In this document: positions 52,823 to 64,000 of the stretch, in pieces
Numbering within the stretch: position 1 is the stretch's first letter
How the letters are laid out: each line of letters begins with the position of its first letter
Assembly (NCBI RefSeq): GCF_964355755.1
Contig: NC_092670.1
Coordinates: forward strand, 18,772,795 to 18,836,794
From: Antedon mediterranea
Taxonomy: Eukaryota > Animalia > Echinodermata
DNA: 64,000 bases
Direction: 5' to 3'
Position numbers and translations under genes: made by a program
Notes under the pieces: generated by a model
The model's input: the letters and a program-made list of their open reading frames with translations, nothing else
Database searches by the model: none
What the model was told of the DNA's origin: nothing

Positions 52823-53399
52823 CCCCAGTAGTAATCTGTGTTGACAAGTGTTGTATGGAACGCATACTGCGCAATTATTTAAATTATTTACGGTAATATG
52901 GTATATACTCAATCACTTTTGGATTAATCAACCATCAATCGGCCTGTCTAACATAGCACATTATCAATAAACATTAAAATAGATAAATCAACTAAAGAAT
53001 CAATCAAGACACATGTTACATGAATTTTAAGTCACTATTTTTAATTGCCAATGATAGTTTGACTACACACGTATCCTAATTGTAAGCAATTTCATTACTC
53101 TGGTCCAAATACAAGTAAATAATATAGTGCATTACCAGAATTGTAAAAAAAAACCAATAAAAAATATATCAAATTTTACGTCAATAAGCTACATATTTCT
53201 TAATTATTACAGCTTTAGGTTCAATTTATTAGAAGGCTGAGTTACAAATAATATTATATTAAATTATCAAAAGTTTTCAAACATGATATAAACATAGGCC
53301 TATAAGTATTGCACAAATATATTTATTAGACATTACTCATATTATTCTTTTTTTGTTTTTACTTCATGGATTAAATAGCATTCGACCACAAATAATTTA

Positions 53400-53810
53400 T
53401 CTAATTTGAACTAGGTTTCATTTTATAAACAAACTCAATAATCAAATCTGACTGCCAACTGGTATTGCCTATAATACCATAAGGTTGTAGATACCAATTA
53501 ATTATAGAGGTATAAAATACAGTAAGGAATAAATAATAATTTTTGCATAATAGATGCAAAACATATTGTTGTTGTTATAACTATAAAAAAAAAATATTTA
53601 TTTGGTTTGAACTAGGGTTTCAGTTACAAAATGTTTATTTTATAAACAAACCTATTTAATAATTAAATGTGACCATCACTGGTATTTGCCTATAATGCCA
53701 TAAGGTTGTAGATAGCAATTCATTATAGAGCTATAAAATGCAGTAATGGATCAATAATAATTTTTCTAATAAAAAGATAATATAACATACTGTTGTTAAA
53801 GTTACAAAAA
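53400..53810. repeat. About 200-bp diverged tandem duplication
   Basis: tttgaactagg...actggtatt(t)gcctataat.ccataaggttgtagata occurs twice. Confidence 0.8.
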
Positions 53811-54152
53811 AAATTTGCAATGAATCTGAAAATATTCATATTATGGTTTAAACCAATATGAAGTTTATATACTTTACATTGCACAGGTACTATACCAAAT
53901 TACATACAGGTATATCACACACAATGTCAAATGGTCAATTATGATGTCATATATGGGTTAAGCAAATACTAGTCTTAATATTAGAACAAAATTTGCATAT
54001 CCAGGTGACCAAATAAACTAATTTCTGTTGGAATCAGTTTTCTTGAATACAGCATATCAATTATAAATGACATATTCTAGCTCAAAAAATATAAATATAA
54101 TCATCAACAAAACCTAAACAAACTTTGGTCAAATTGTATTATTTACTGTACT

Positions 54153-54507
54153 GTATACGGCTTTACCACGTGGAAACACCGGTTCTCGTCAGATCACCGA
54201 AGTTAAGCAACGTTGGGCCTGGTTAGAGCTTGGATGGGAGACCATCTGGGAATAGCGGGTGCTGTATACGGAGCTGGGGTCCCATTAGGCATTTGAAATC
54301 AGCACTGCTGACTCTTATGGCAGCCCCTGCATGTAGTATCTGCCACAGACCTCTGGTCAAGGTGGGCACTGGACGAGAGAAGCCCTTGATCAATATCAGG
54401 ACCAATCAAGGTGCTTTAAACAGTCCTGGCTTTGTTTGTATCAAACCTGTTAGTGGCGGTAATTATCGCTGTTGGTTTCGATTGAATAAAATAAAATAAA
54501 ATAAAAT
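54153..54507 (+). mobile_element. 5S rRNA-derived SINE (SINE3-type): 5S head 54153-54269, about 215-bp body, (TAAAA)n tail
   Basis: Head aligns to eukaryotic 5S rRNA (tctcgtcagatc.ccgaagttaagc, gggcctggttag, cttggatgggagacc, ctgggaata.cgggtgctgta). There is no oligo-T terminator after the head, and the element ends aataaaataaaataaaataaaat. Confidence 0.85.
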
Positions 54508-54680
54508 GAGTATTGTAAAAAAAGAATTTGAACTTATAATGCTCTGGGTGCTCTCATGATTTTTGGTGAAAGTTGAAATTGGTCAACCTAAACATATCTC
54601 TTACAATACATTATGATACTGAATCTATAGATCATCATATACTGCAGCAACTGCAGTAGAATATTCTAAAAGCAGTCTGA

Positions 54681-57600
54681 TTAAGAATAGTTAACCTTTA
54701 CTGTTGAAACACTAGACAAGGGTGCTTGAAAACCAGCCTTGTTAGTGGGCAACACCATTACTTCTAGGGTGTGCTTCTCTGTTTTTTGAGGGACCAGTAA
54801 ATGACAAATACGGAACTGATTAGAATGGGATCTTCCTACGAAAACTGGTTCGTACACAGAAAGTTCAATATTTTCATTTGGACTACGCGTTACACCTTTT
54901 ACAAATATGTCATAATGCGAGGCATCACCGGCATATTTCCATTTGACTGTGATGCAAATGGACACGAGTCCTTCAAATTGATTTGGTGAAATAATAGGTG
55001 GAGACCAGGTGATGTCCTGGCAGGTCAAGTCAGTCACCTGGGTCATGCTGTCCTTCAACTGGGCAGCATCTATAACCTACAATGAATAATTATCAATTGA
55101 TCAATATGTATTTTCCAATTGCTTACGTTTGAATATTTAATCAATAAATTGTTATAAGTCTGGTCATGGAGAATAGAATTGTATGAAGAATGGATCAATA
55201 GACAAGCTAGCATTTCACCAAAAGAAGTTATTCATTAATTAATACAAATCAATCCATCAGCCAGTCAATCATTATATAAATGAAAAGTGTTGCTTTATAT
55301 ATACATACATGTGACATACACATTATAGGAAATTAGGGTGAGAACAAATCAACTGTTTACTTTACTTTTATAACCAATCAATTCAACTTTATTAATAATA
55401 CGTCCTTACCATAATCTGTCCTAAAAGAACATTGTAAATTGTAGGTTCATTTTCACTTGAGCATTTCAAACCAATTTCAGTGATTCTTGGACAACCACCT
55501 AATGAATTACTTGTCAACAAATAATATCTAAGAAAAAAATGAAATGAGGTCAATTGATATCAAAGGTTAAAGAGGTATGAGCATGAAAAGTATGAAATCA
55601 TTTTGAGGTCACCCATCCATTACTATTTGTAATAGCACACATATCCCTCAATGCTGTGATGCTTGTGCTCATTAGTGGAGCAAATACGCATCTGGCATGT
55701 TATCAAAAGGTTAAAGAGGTTTCATAAGTATGAGATCATTGAGAGGTCATTACCTGGTCACCCATCCATTACTATTTGGGATATTAGCAGACATTTCCTT
55801 CAATGCTGTGATGCTTGTGCCCATTAATGGAGCAAATACGGCAGCTGGCATGTCGGCACGTTTCTCAGATTCGTGAAGTCCGTAGTCTGTGACGGTCTGC
55901 TTGTCTGCTTTTGACGCATCTATGACAAACAGAAAGACATCAATTTACATATCTCTGTAATTGTATGGCATGCTCTGTCTTGATAATATAAGTATATGTT
56001 TTGTCTATTTTAATTAAAAAGCCTACCTTCTGTATCTGTAAGTATTATTTGTCCCTCTGGTCCAGCTGTCTGTAAATACAACTCAGTTTTCACTTGATTC
56101 GATGTCTTTACAGAGTATGATATAAGAATGGCATCTGTACATTCAGTATCTGTCATCAACACTCTGTGAACAATTAATATTTTCATTGTAACCATTTCCT
56201 TTTGTATTTGGATACTAGTATATCAGAAAAAGACTCGGGCAAAAATTGAACCAATGCAAGCATGGTACTCATCAGCAATACCACAATTATATGTTCTTAT
56301 TATTTTATGAATACTTAGAAACTAATTAAAAAATCTTCTCCTAATAACAACAGTAACCGTATCATTAAAAATACAGTAGAACCTATTTAATTAGGAGTTG
56401 GCCGCAGGGTATTATATTACCCCTTGTTCTTTCACAGTCCTTGGATAGGGGTGCCCCTTGAATAGTAAAGGTCTTCCACAAAGTTCAACTTTGTTATTTT
56501 TTAAATGTTACTTACTTAAATGTATGTGTTTTACCAGCATCTAAACTGCCATCAAATGACAGGCAACCTCCACCACTGTAACCATCAGTTATCTTACGGT
56601 CCATCTTCTGTTTTGCGCCATCTTCAAACTGCTTGTTGCTAAACGATGGCTGGATCTGCTGGGCACTTAGGTTACACCAGTTCTTATTCATCATTTTCTT
56701 TCGGGGTAAAAACAGATAATTAAAGTTAATTTACTTATCAATTACTAATATCAAAGTAAAAATATACCGATTTATTTGGTAAATATATACACTATACTGA
56801 TTTCTATACCTTTCCGCTGCTGAAACCATGTACACCAAAGCCCTGACAGAAATTTGAACATAGAGGAAGTTGCTTTACGCCATGTGGGTGTAGATATGAT
56901 TCTATCAATGACCAAAACCTACAAAATAAACGAACATAGAATAGCATCTTCTTCGCATTACTGTCATTCATGTTTCATCTAGATTAAATAACGCAACTAT
57001 GTATATCCTTGCCATTTGATTGGTTGAATTCTTTGGCTTTAGCTGCCATATACTTTAGATGCATAGGCCCCAAGCCAATGCTGTTGGTCACATGATTACA
57101 ATTAAAGGCCAATAACGTTAGTTTTGCAGTACACCATGCGTTTCCAAAAGGAAATAAAGTAAAGTTGAGAGAGAAAATATTAGGATGTTTTTAACAATAT
57201 ACGCTTACCTGTTTTCATTTATAATAAATTTAGCTGCTCCATGCTTTTCAAACACCCATCCAGGAGCAAATATTGCAGCAGATAAATCAACTCTTCGAAT
57301 CACTTCCATGGCCTTGTTTGTGTTCCAGCCACCACCTCCGAAGCAGCCTCTCCCAAATATGTCCACTCCTACATATACATCATGCGGACGAGCCCCAGCA
57401 TTTTTAACAGAATCCTTAAGTTTCTGCTCATTCCAGTTGTAGTTCAAAAAGATTCCATCACATCCATCAAAAAACATTCTAAGAAAAATGTTGTGTTGGT
57501 TAGTAGTTTTTATAAACTTTATTCCCAGAGGTCAGGGGTTAAAGTTCATTGGTTAATAGGTAGTAGTTATCACATTATAAAAGTTAAATATATATCACCT

Positions 57601-60600
57601 GTTATTATCATTGAGCATGTCCTGCCATTTTAGCTTGCCTGTTTGAATGACACTATCATACCAGATAACCTTTGACATAGGGTCAAGCTTATGCATCTCA
57701 GAGGTCAAATATTGCACAAACTCTAATAGTTGTGGCATATGCTCTGGCTGCAAGAAAAACATTTTTTTTTCACTTTATAATGATTTTACTACTATATTTA
57801 TTATTACTATATTTATTTACTGACAATACAGTATGCATAACACTTTTTATATTTTCCATTTTATACCTCTATATGATTCTCAACATTAACCAGCCAGCCA
57901 TCAAATTTGTAATATCTAGCGAGCGCAACCATCTTATCTGCAAATTTTCTACAAGTTTCTTCACTAGCAAAGATTTGCTTACATCGCTCAAATCCATCTG
58001 TCCACTCTGTAATAAAAGTCCCTGTAAAAAAAAAACCAGTTTAAAGCACCTAAAAAAGTGAATATGCCCAGGGATGTTCAAAATTAGAATTGATTGTAAA
58101 GCGCTGTCTACACTATCAAACTTTATGTGACAAAAAAATGTGATGTGCCCATATATGGACACGACAATGTCATATCACTACCATATTTGGGCACATTACA
58201 ATTCTTTGTGAAACTAGTTGATAGTGTAGACAGAGCTTAACCCATTGACCCCTAAGTTTATTTTGCTCCCCTGGGACCCAAAAAGCATATGTCATATAAT
58301 TAACCCTAACTTTTTTTCTAAACACAGACATTAAAAAAATTAAAAAACAAAAATAATGCAAAGGACATTTTATTTTCAAATATGTTATCAAATTTGTTTT
58401 ACAACTTATTTTGGCGGAATATGGATTATGCAAATTTTAGAAATATTTTAGGAAAATTATAAAAAATTTGTAATTTATCTTTGACTACCAAATGCACAAA
58501 AATTAATAAAAATTTCATAATAAAACTCATCTCTTCATCAGAACCTATTACTTCTCTTCAAAATAAGACCAAACTTGACCATTATGAATGACCGATTTCA
58601 AAATTATGAAGAAATTAGTAGACTGAGTCATCCGACGGTGACCATATGGGGCCTAGGCCTATCGGGAGCCGCCCCGAGAGCCTTGTCGCCGCTGTTTGTT
58701 CACCGGGAATGTTAAGAAACACATCCCGAAAGCGACTTGGAATTCACGATTCTCACACGCACCGGCATCCCCCGGGAGCTTAGTCCGCTGTTTTAGACGA
58801 GTAGCTTGCAGAAAATTTGACGAAAATGCGTCGAAAACTTATGAAATTAAAACAAGTTTGGTATCAAAATGTTTGTCAAAAGTTATGCTTCAATAAACTG
58901 ACCTTTGCGCAGAGTTTGAACAAATATTTCATGCCCATAATGCATCTGACATGTCAGGGTTCATATTACAATCAAAGGTAAACAATATGGCGCGGCCCTC
59001 GTGAGGACATCTTCACGACTTTTCTCCGGTAGAAAAATCACATTTTTACATGGAAATATGACGATTTAGACACTGTAACTGATACATAATCTTTATTTAT
59101 TATACATTTATTGTATACAAGCTTCAAAATAGTGATTATTAGAAAAAAAGATGGATTTTAGACGATTTTACGTTGTATGTTTAGGCCTAGATTCATTCAA
59201 CGCGCCTGTCGCGTTTCGAACAGCGTGCTTCGAAAAACGGTTATATTTTCGAATTTTATTTTCAAACTAACTTCAACAATTGTTTTTATATATTTAGAAG
59301 CATATTTTTAAAAAAAAAGTTGTGAGTATTTTGTATAATTTGTTGTTATGATTCATGCACAGCAAACTGCGCATGTAAATTCGATTTACTTTTTTGTTGT
59401 TGATAATTTGTTTACAATGACCTTGACTTTTAACCTAATGAGCGCTTTAAGCGCTTATCGTGGTGAATCGGTTAATAGAGAAACAAGCAATCCAAGATTC
59501 ACCACACTTACCTAGCATGAGGGTGCCATTCTTGTGAGCTGCATTTGTCCAAGGAGCGGGTGGTATGGTTAGAAAATGATGGCTGAAGTAGATGAAAATG
59601 TCAATGTATTGCCAATGGTAGAACCGGTAGCAGTCAGTCTTTGCAACTCCTTGAATAAACCTACAAAGAAACTTGCATAATTAAGATGAGAAAGGCGCAG
59701 GATTGGTTCTTTATCAAGTTTCGTTTGTATATTGAAGGCCTCTTCAAGTACAGCTGTTAGATATACCCTTGCAAAACAAGTTTAATAAATAAACACAATT
59801 TCCCTTTTTTCTTCATTTTCATGTTGACTACACTTCCACCCACCAAAATGTTTTCATTTTTTATAGCCGAGCATCCCCACAAACCAAACCAAAATTATAA
59901 TAAAGTTTATTCATTGTGTAAAGCAATACACATTACCTATCATCCACATATCCACCCATCATATCATGACAAAGCAACGTTTTTGGTTTCGCTACTTCTG
60001 ATTCAGTTCGCTTTGCTAGTACCTCATTCGCTACATTGAATTCATCTTCACCTGGTTTCCATAGCAACACCTCATCCATGTTACTAAGAGGTCGGGCAAT
60101 TGGTTCAGATGTTTTTGGCTCATATCCAGGCCCTAAAAAGAATAAATTATCAAAAACAGGAAGGAACAGTAAGATATTCGTATTAGTTGTAAATTTATGT
60201 AAGAACACAAATTAATAAATGAATAAAATTATAAAATAATTTTTGGTTAAACCAAAAATTATTTTTATGATTGCAATTAAATTAATTAATAATAATATGT
60301 GGTTGCAATAATCAGCCGGCCGGATAGGTGCAGAATATTTCTCAAATCAAATATATGACTGCCTACTCTGATTCTAGTATGTTTAATTTTAATAAGGTCT
60401 AGCCTAGGCCTAGCTAGCCCAGCAGTAGTATCAGAGGGTGTATCAGACATGCAATTCATCACTGTCACTAGGTAGGCTAGTCAGACAGATACACAAATGA
60501 CTCACTCTTTCTTTAATTAGCTGCACGAAAAAGCATACATAACTGGCCCACTGGGCCTGGCAATTCATTCATTAAAACATATAGGCTAATGATAGTTAAT

Positions 60601-60684
60601 AACACACTTACCAAAGTCTACGTTCGGAGAAATGTTTACCTTAGCTTCTACTTCTGAAGCCAACCTATCGATCATCTCAGCCAT
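54681..60684 (-). CDS. ENGASE: Cytosolic endo-beta-N-acetylglucosaminidase (GH85), 12 coding exons
   Basis: Exons 60612-60684, 59937-60132, 59512-59660, 57867-58021, 57599-57747, 57209-57478, 56810-56918, 56516-56697, 56027-56163, 55754-55919, 55410-55527 and 54681-55076. Motifs LLCHDMMGGY.DDR, YFSHH..TIPP..WTNAAH, GTFITEW, FDGWLVNVEN (catalytic NxE), WYDSV, CDGIFLNYNW, VYVGVDIFGRG and IFAPGWV. Confidence 0.95.
58100..58237. mobile_element. MITE family A copy
   Basis: taa|agcgctgtctacactatcaaact ... ttgatagtgtagacagagct|taa. Confidence 0.9.
58241..59471. mobile_element. Possible piggyBac-like non-autonomous element filling most of ENGASE intron 3
   Basis: TTAA|cccattgacccc at the left and gtggtgaatcgg|TTAA at the right form imperfect TIRs. 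The interior is CpG-richer than the host introns. Confidence 0.35.
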
Positions 60685-61569
60685 TTTCAAAATTGATTAT
60701 AAATCCTCAAACCTCTCCTTCCACGTCTTCTTCCTGTTGTGAAGACACTGTTGTCGTGGTTGTGACCAATAAACGTAGGTCAAAGTGTTCAGCCAATGGG
60801 AATGATCGGAGAGAGACATGTATGTATACATACAGTATGCACAGCGGCTGTGTGTATAGGAAGGTTGAGAGGCGATCAGTATTAAATAGACCATGGAGTA
60901 AAGAATAAGAATTATTCTTTACTCCATGAATAGACATGAATATATTGAAAATGAAAAACAATAATTTACGATTGACCATAGAAAAAGCTATTAGTATTAT
61001 GATAGCCACATGCTTGACAAAATTAATAGTTTTAAACGTGCGCCGTTTTTTGTAAAAAAAAAACGACGCACGTGCGCTGCACATCCGATACACGCGCATC
61101 CGGTACGCGCGTTAAACTTCCGATTGGTTGCTGTGTGTGCGCGATGTGCTCAATTCCACACGCGTCGCGTGTGCAAGTACAACCAAGATAATCTTTGCTA
61201 AATATAATAATTAATTGGGACCGTTAGAGGCTATCAGTACAGCCACCCGCAATAATTCAGAGTTCTTTATTGGCAGGTCAATCGTCTCCCCTCTGACGGA
61301 CATAAATATTAAATAATATCAATTAAATCTATATAAACGAAAAACTGTATATCCCTATTCTTGCATTCATCCCGCTCCATACAAAATAGCGCGACCGATT
61401 TCAAACGCGACCGATATCACGAGCCATACAAAATACCAGAAGTTGATTTTATCGCGACCGATTTCATCGTAAACCTAACCAAAAACGTGTGTACTGTGTG
61501 TGTGTGTACAGTATAGTACTGTATAGTACAACCAGACTTTACTCAGCCATGGGGCGGGGTCCTACTATT

Positions 61570-62468
61570 AACACCACTCGCAACCACGTCCTACCACTCG
61601 CAAGCACTCGCTACAACGCGCAACCACTCGCAACCGAAATTCATATTAATTAAGGTACATTTGGCTTATTTATTGTCTTATTATCAATAAAAACCTATTT
61701 TTATACACATAAACGTCAAATTAGTCATAAAACTACGGAAAAACAATCGTCAATCAACGCGTGAACTCACGCAAGAAATAACAACTCAGAATATAGAGGG
61801 CTTGTGTCAAGGTGCCAGCATTAATTATTCCAATGTTTTTCATAACGTTTATGTAAATTAACCATTATGTAATAATGACATAACGAAAAATACAAGGATT
61901 TTTTTTCTCTCTCGGATCTGAATAGATAAAATTATATATTAAAATAGTAAAGGTCTTCATGAAATATATTCAAATCAAATTTTTTTGGATACATGTCCAT
62001 AATTTATTTATTTTTATTTATTTATTCAATTTCCAGGTATACAGACAACAACATTAACAAACGAAGTAATAATAATAATACAAATACAAAAAAAAGGCAC
62101 AATTTAATTAATTAAATTATATTATTATGATAGGCCAAACAAGTATTAAAATAGGTATTTAACTTTCCAATATTAATTTTTATATAAACATTCAAAGTGG
62201 AAATAGCGGGTAATTATTATTGACGCACAACAATTCAAGTGACAACGACGCAGTTTCTATCGAATGTTATATAGTACGACGGTTTAACGAGTTTTTTTGT
62301 GTATAAAAGCACCATTTTGTGAATAAAAATAGGTTTTTATTGATAATAAGACAATAAATAAGCCAATGTACTTTAATTAATAAGAATTTCGGTTGCGAGT
62401 GGTTGCGCGTTGAAGCGAGTGGTTGCGAGTGGTAGGACGTGGTTAAGGTTTTGCGAGTCGAGTGGTGT
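61570..62468. mobile_element. About 900-bp foldback element with about 135-bp inverted arms in the ENGASE/NTAN1 divergent intergenic region
   Basis: 61570-61703 (aacaccactcgcaaccacgtcctaccactcg...ttggcttatttattgtcttattatcaataaaaacctattttta) is the reverse complement of about 62324-62468. Confidence 0.8.
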
Positions 62469-62532
62469 TGTTAAAGATGACGACGTGACAACAAATAAAC
62501 TTGTAGTTTCTTGACAGGCTTATTATTAAAAA

Positions 62533-63806
62533 ATGCCAGTTTTTATCGAAAATACAGATATAGAAGATTTGCTAAAACCAATGACAAATATTTGTTATAG
62601 AATTTCTGAACAGTTTCCCTCACTACAGGTACGTGGTTGAGTTACATGCTCTAGGCTTACCTACAGAAGCAGCTGCATTTCCTGGATTTAATACTACTGA
62701 TGCGTACGTTTCGGCTCAGGGATGTTTCGGTCCAGGGTTGTTTCGTCCCTAATATACAGAAAGAACTATTTGTAAAAATGTTAGGCCTAGTTTTCATTCT
62801 CTTTACAAAGTCATCATGTATTATAAACTACTATTAACTTAATTGCTATTAGAAAAAGGTATGGGTAATTGAATGGATGAAAGAAGATGTTCATATTAAT
62901 AATAATAATAATGAATATTTTACTTTTTTTATTTATTTTATTAAGGAAGAAGCAATTAAATTCCGATCAGAACCTGTTCAGGCATGTCAACCAGAAGGTT
63001 TACTGTATGTCAAACAGAGAGAATTTGCATGCACACATCCTGATGATGGTATGTCATTCAGATTTTTATTAATAATATTATGCCCAGTAGTAATATTAGA
63101 AAAAATAAACTTTGATATCAAATTTTAATTTTTATTTCTAAAGATGTGATTCACGTGTTAGGAACAGAGGATGCGACAACCTGCCATATAATCGTGGTGA
63201 GACATAAAGGTACTTTAGTTGATTACGAATAAACTTTAGCAAAGTAAAGATTACAGTACACCATCTTTTCCCCAAAAATATGTTGACCATTGCTAGCAAT
63301 ATGCACTTACATTCATTATATTTAATTGTTGATTCCTGTTTTATATTAATTGTGGGTGACATATTCAATCAATGTCAAACTCAATTTTTCAAGCAATGCA
63401 TTTATTCAATGGGAAATTCTTTGTGAGAAAAAGTAGACGAATATTAAGCAAATATTTTAATAACATATGAATATAAATTGAACAAGAGTATCCTTTAAGA
63501 GTACTATGATAAAGCTCTGTCTACACTATCAAACTTTATTTGACGAAGATGCCATATCACTACCATATTTGGGCATATTACTACCATATTTGGGCACATC
63601 ACACTTTTTTATCAAACTAGTTTGATAGTGTAGAAAGAGCTTTATGGCTGATTTGACTTACAATCTATGCACTTATTGTTGCTTTTTGTTACCATAGGCA
63701 GTGGAGTGACTTGTTTAGCTCACTGCGATGGATGCAGTACAAAACAAGGTATTGAAGACATGCTTGCGACTGTCATGCTACTGAGTGATGGCAAATTATC
63801 CGGAAG
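62533..63806 (+). CDS. NTAN1: Protein N-terminal asparagine amidohydrolase, first four coding exons (gene continues beyond window)
   Basis: Exons 62533-62628, 62946-63048, 63144-63209 and 63698-63806 are phase-consistent. Motifs MPVFIE, GLLYVKQREFA, LGTEDATTCHIIVVRH (catalytic Cys) and GSGVTCLAHCDG. Confidence 0.93.
63514..63641. mobile_element. MITE family A copy in NTAN1 intron 3
   Basis: agctctgtctacactatcaaact ... agtttgatagtgtagaaagagct. Confidence 0.9.
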
Positions 63807-64000
63807 GTTTAACCTGATTTTATTGATATTTTAAACATAATAAAGTATTGAAATCAGTAAGACGTCTCTGGCCTGTAGTACATGCAGTACTGTGTGTTTT
63901 TTTTCAAAGTGGGCGGGCTCACTGCTCTGTTGTTAACCATAAGAAAATCAGTAAGGCTTCCCTGGCCTGTAGTACAGCGGAGTGTGAATTGAAATTGTAA

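Noticed and set aside
54153-54269. Functional 5S rRNA gene
   Set aside because: Isolated and diverged, lacks the oligo-T terminator, and continues into a body and (TAAAA)n tail, so it is better explained as a SINE head.
10605-58433. Many short ORFs sharing VYTIKL / CDVPIYGHD / HITFFVKLV peptides
   Set aside because: These are translations of MITE family A copies, not a protein family.
58515-58545. CTGATGA...GAAA on the minus strand as a third hammerhead
   Set aside because: Stems II and III cannot form; the other CTGANGA occurrences checked (858, 16518, 18543, 36251, 47435) also lack the fold.
60693-61201. ORFs upstream of ENGASE (130, 71, 65 and 63 aa)
   Set aside because: Promoter/5' UTR region; the minus-strand ORFs stop before the ENGASE ATG at 60684 and none shows recognisable motifs.

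Overview
AT-rich, intron-rich metazoan genomic DNA, not prokaryotic. It is probably an invertebrate deuterostome (inference from gene structure and a Deu-domain-like SINE). Most ORF-track entries are intronic noise or repeat read-through. Five recognisable genes were reconstructed by hand from splice sites: SGSM3 (minus, about 7.5-42.6 kb, TBC-SH3-RUN), single-exon MFSD6L (plus), an Mpv17/PMP22-family gene (minus), ENGASE (minus, GH85) and the 5' part of NTAN1 (plus). The last two exons of an unidentified Cys-rich gene lie at the left edge. SGSM3 is the most striking locus. It has two alternative first coding exons, a pair of equal-length 94-nt mutually exclusive RUN-domain exons, two paralogous 72-nt terminal exons 6.6 kb apart, two GC-AG introns, and two sense-strand type-I hammerhead ribozyme motifs in its introns. 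The window also holds a full-length 5S-rRNA-derived SINE, an 862-bp IS3EU-like foldback element with a 6-bp TSD, about 18 copies of one Harbinger-type MITE, several minisatellites and several young 110-230 bp tandem duplications, two of which copy exon ends. All gene and repeat identities rest on manual translation and remembered family motifs; no database search was run.
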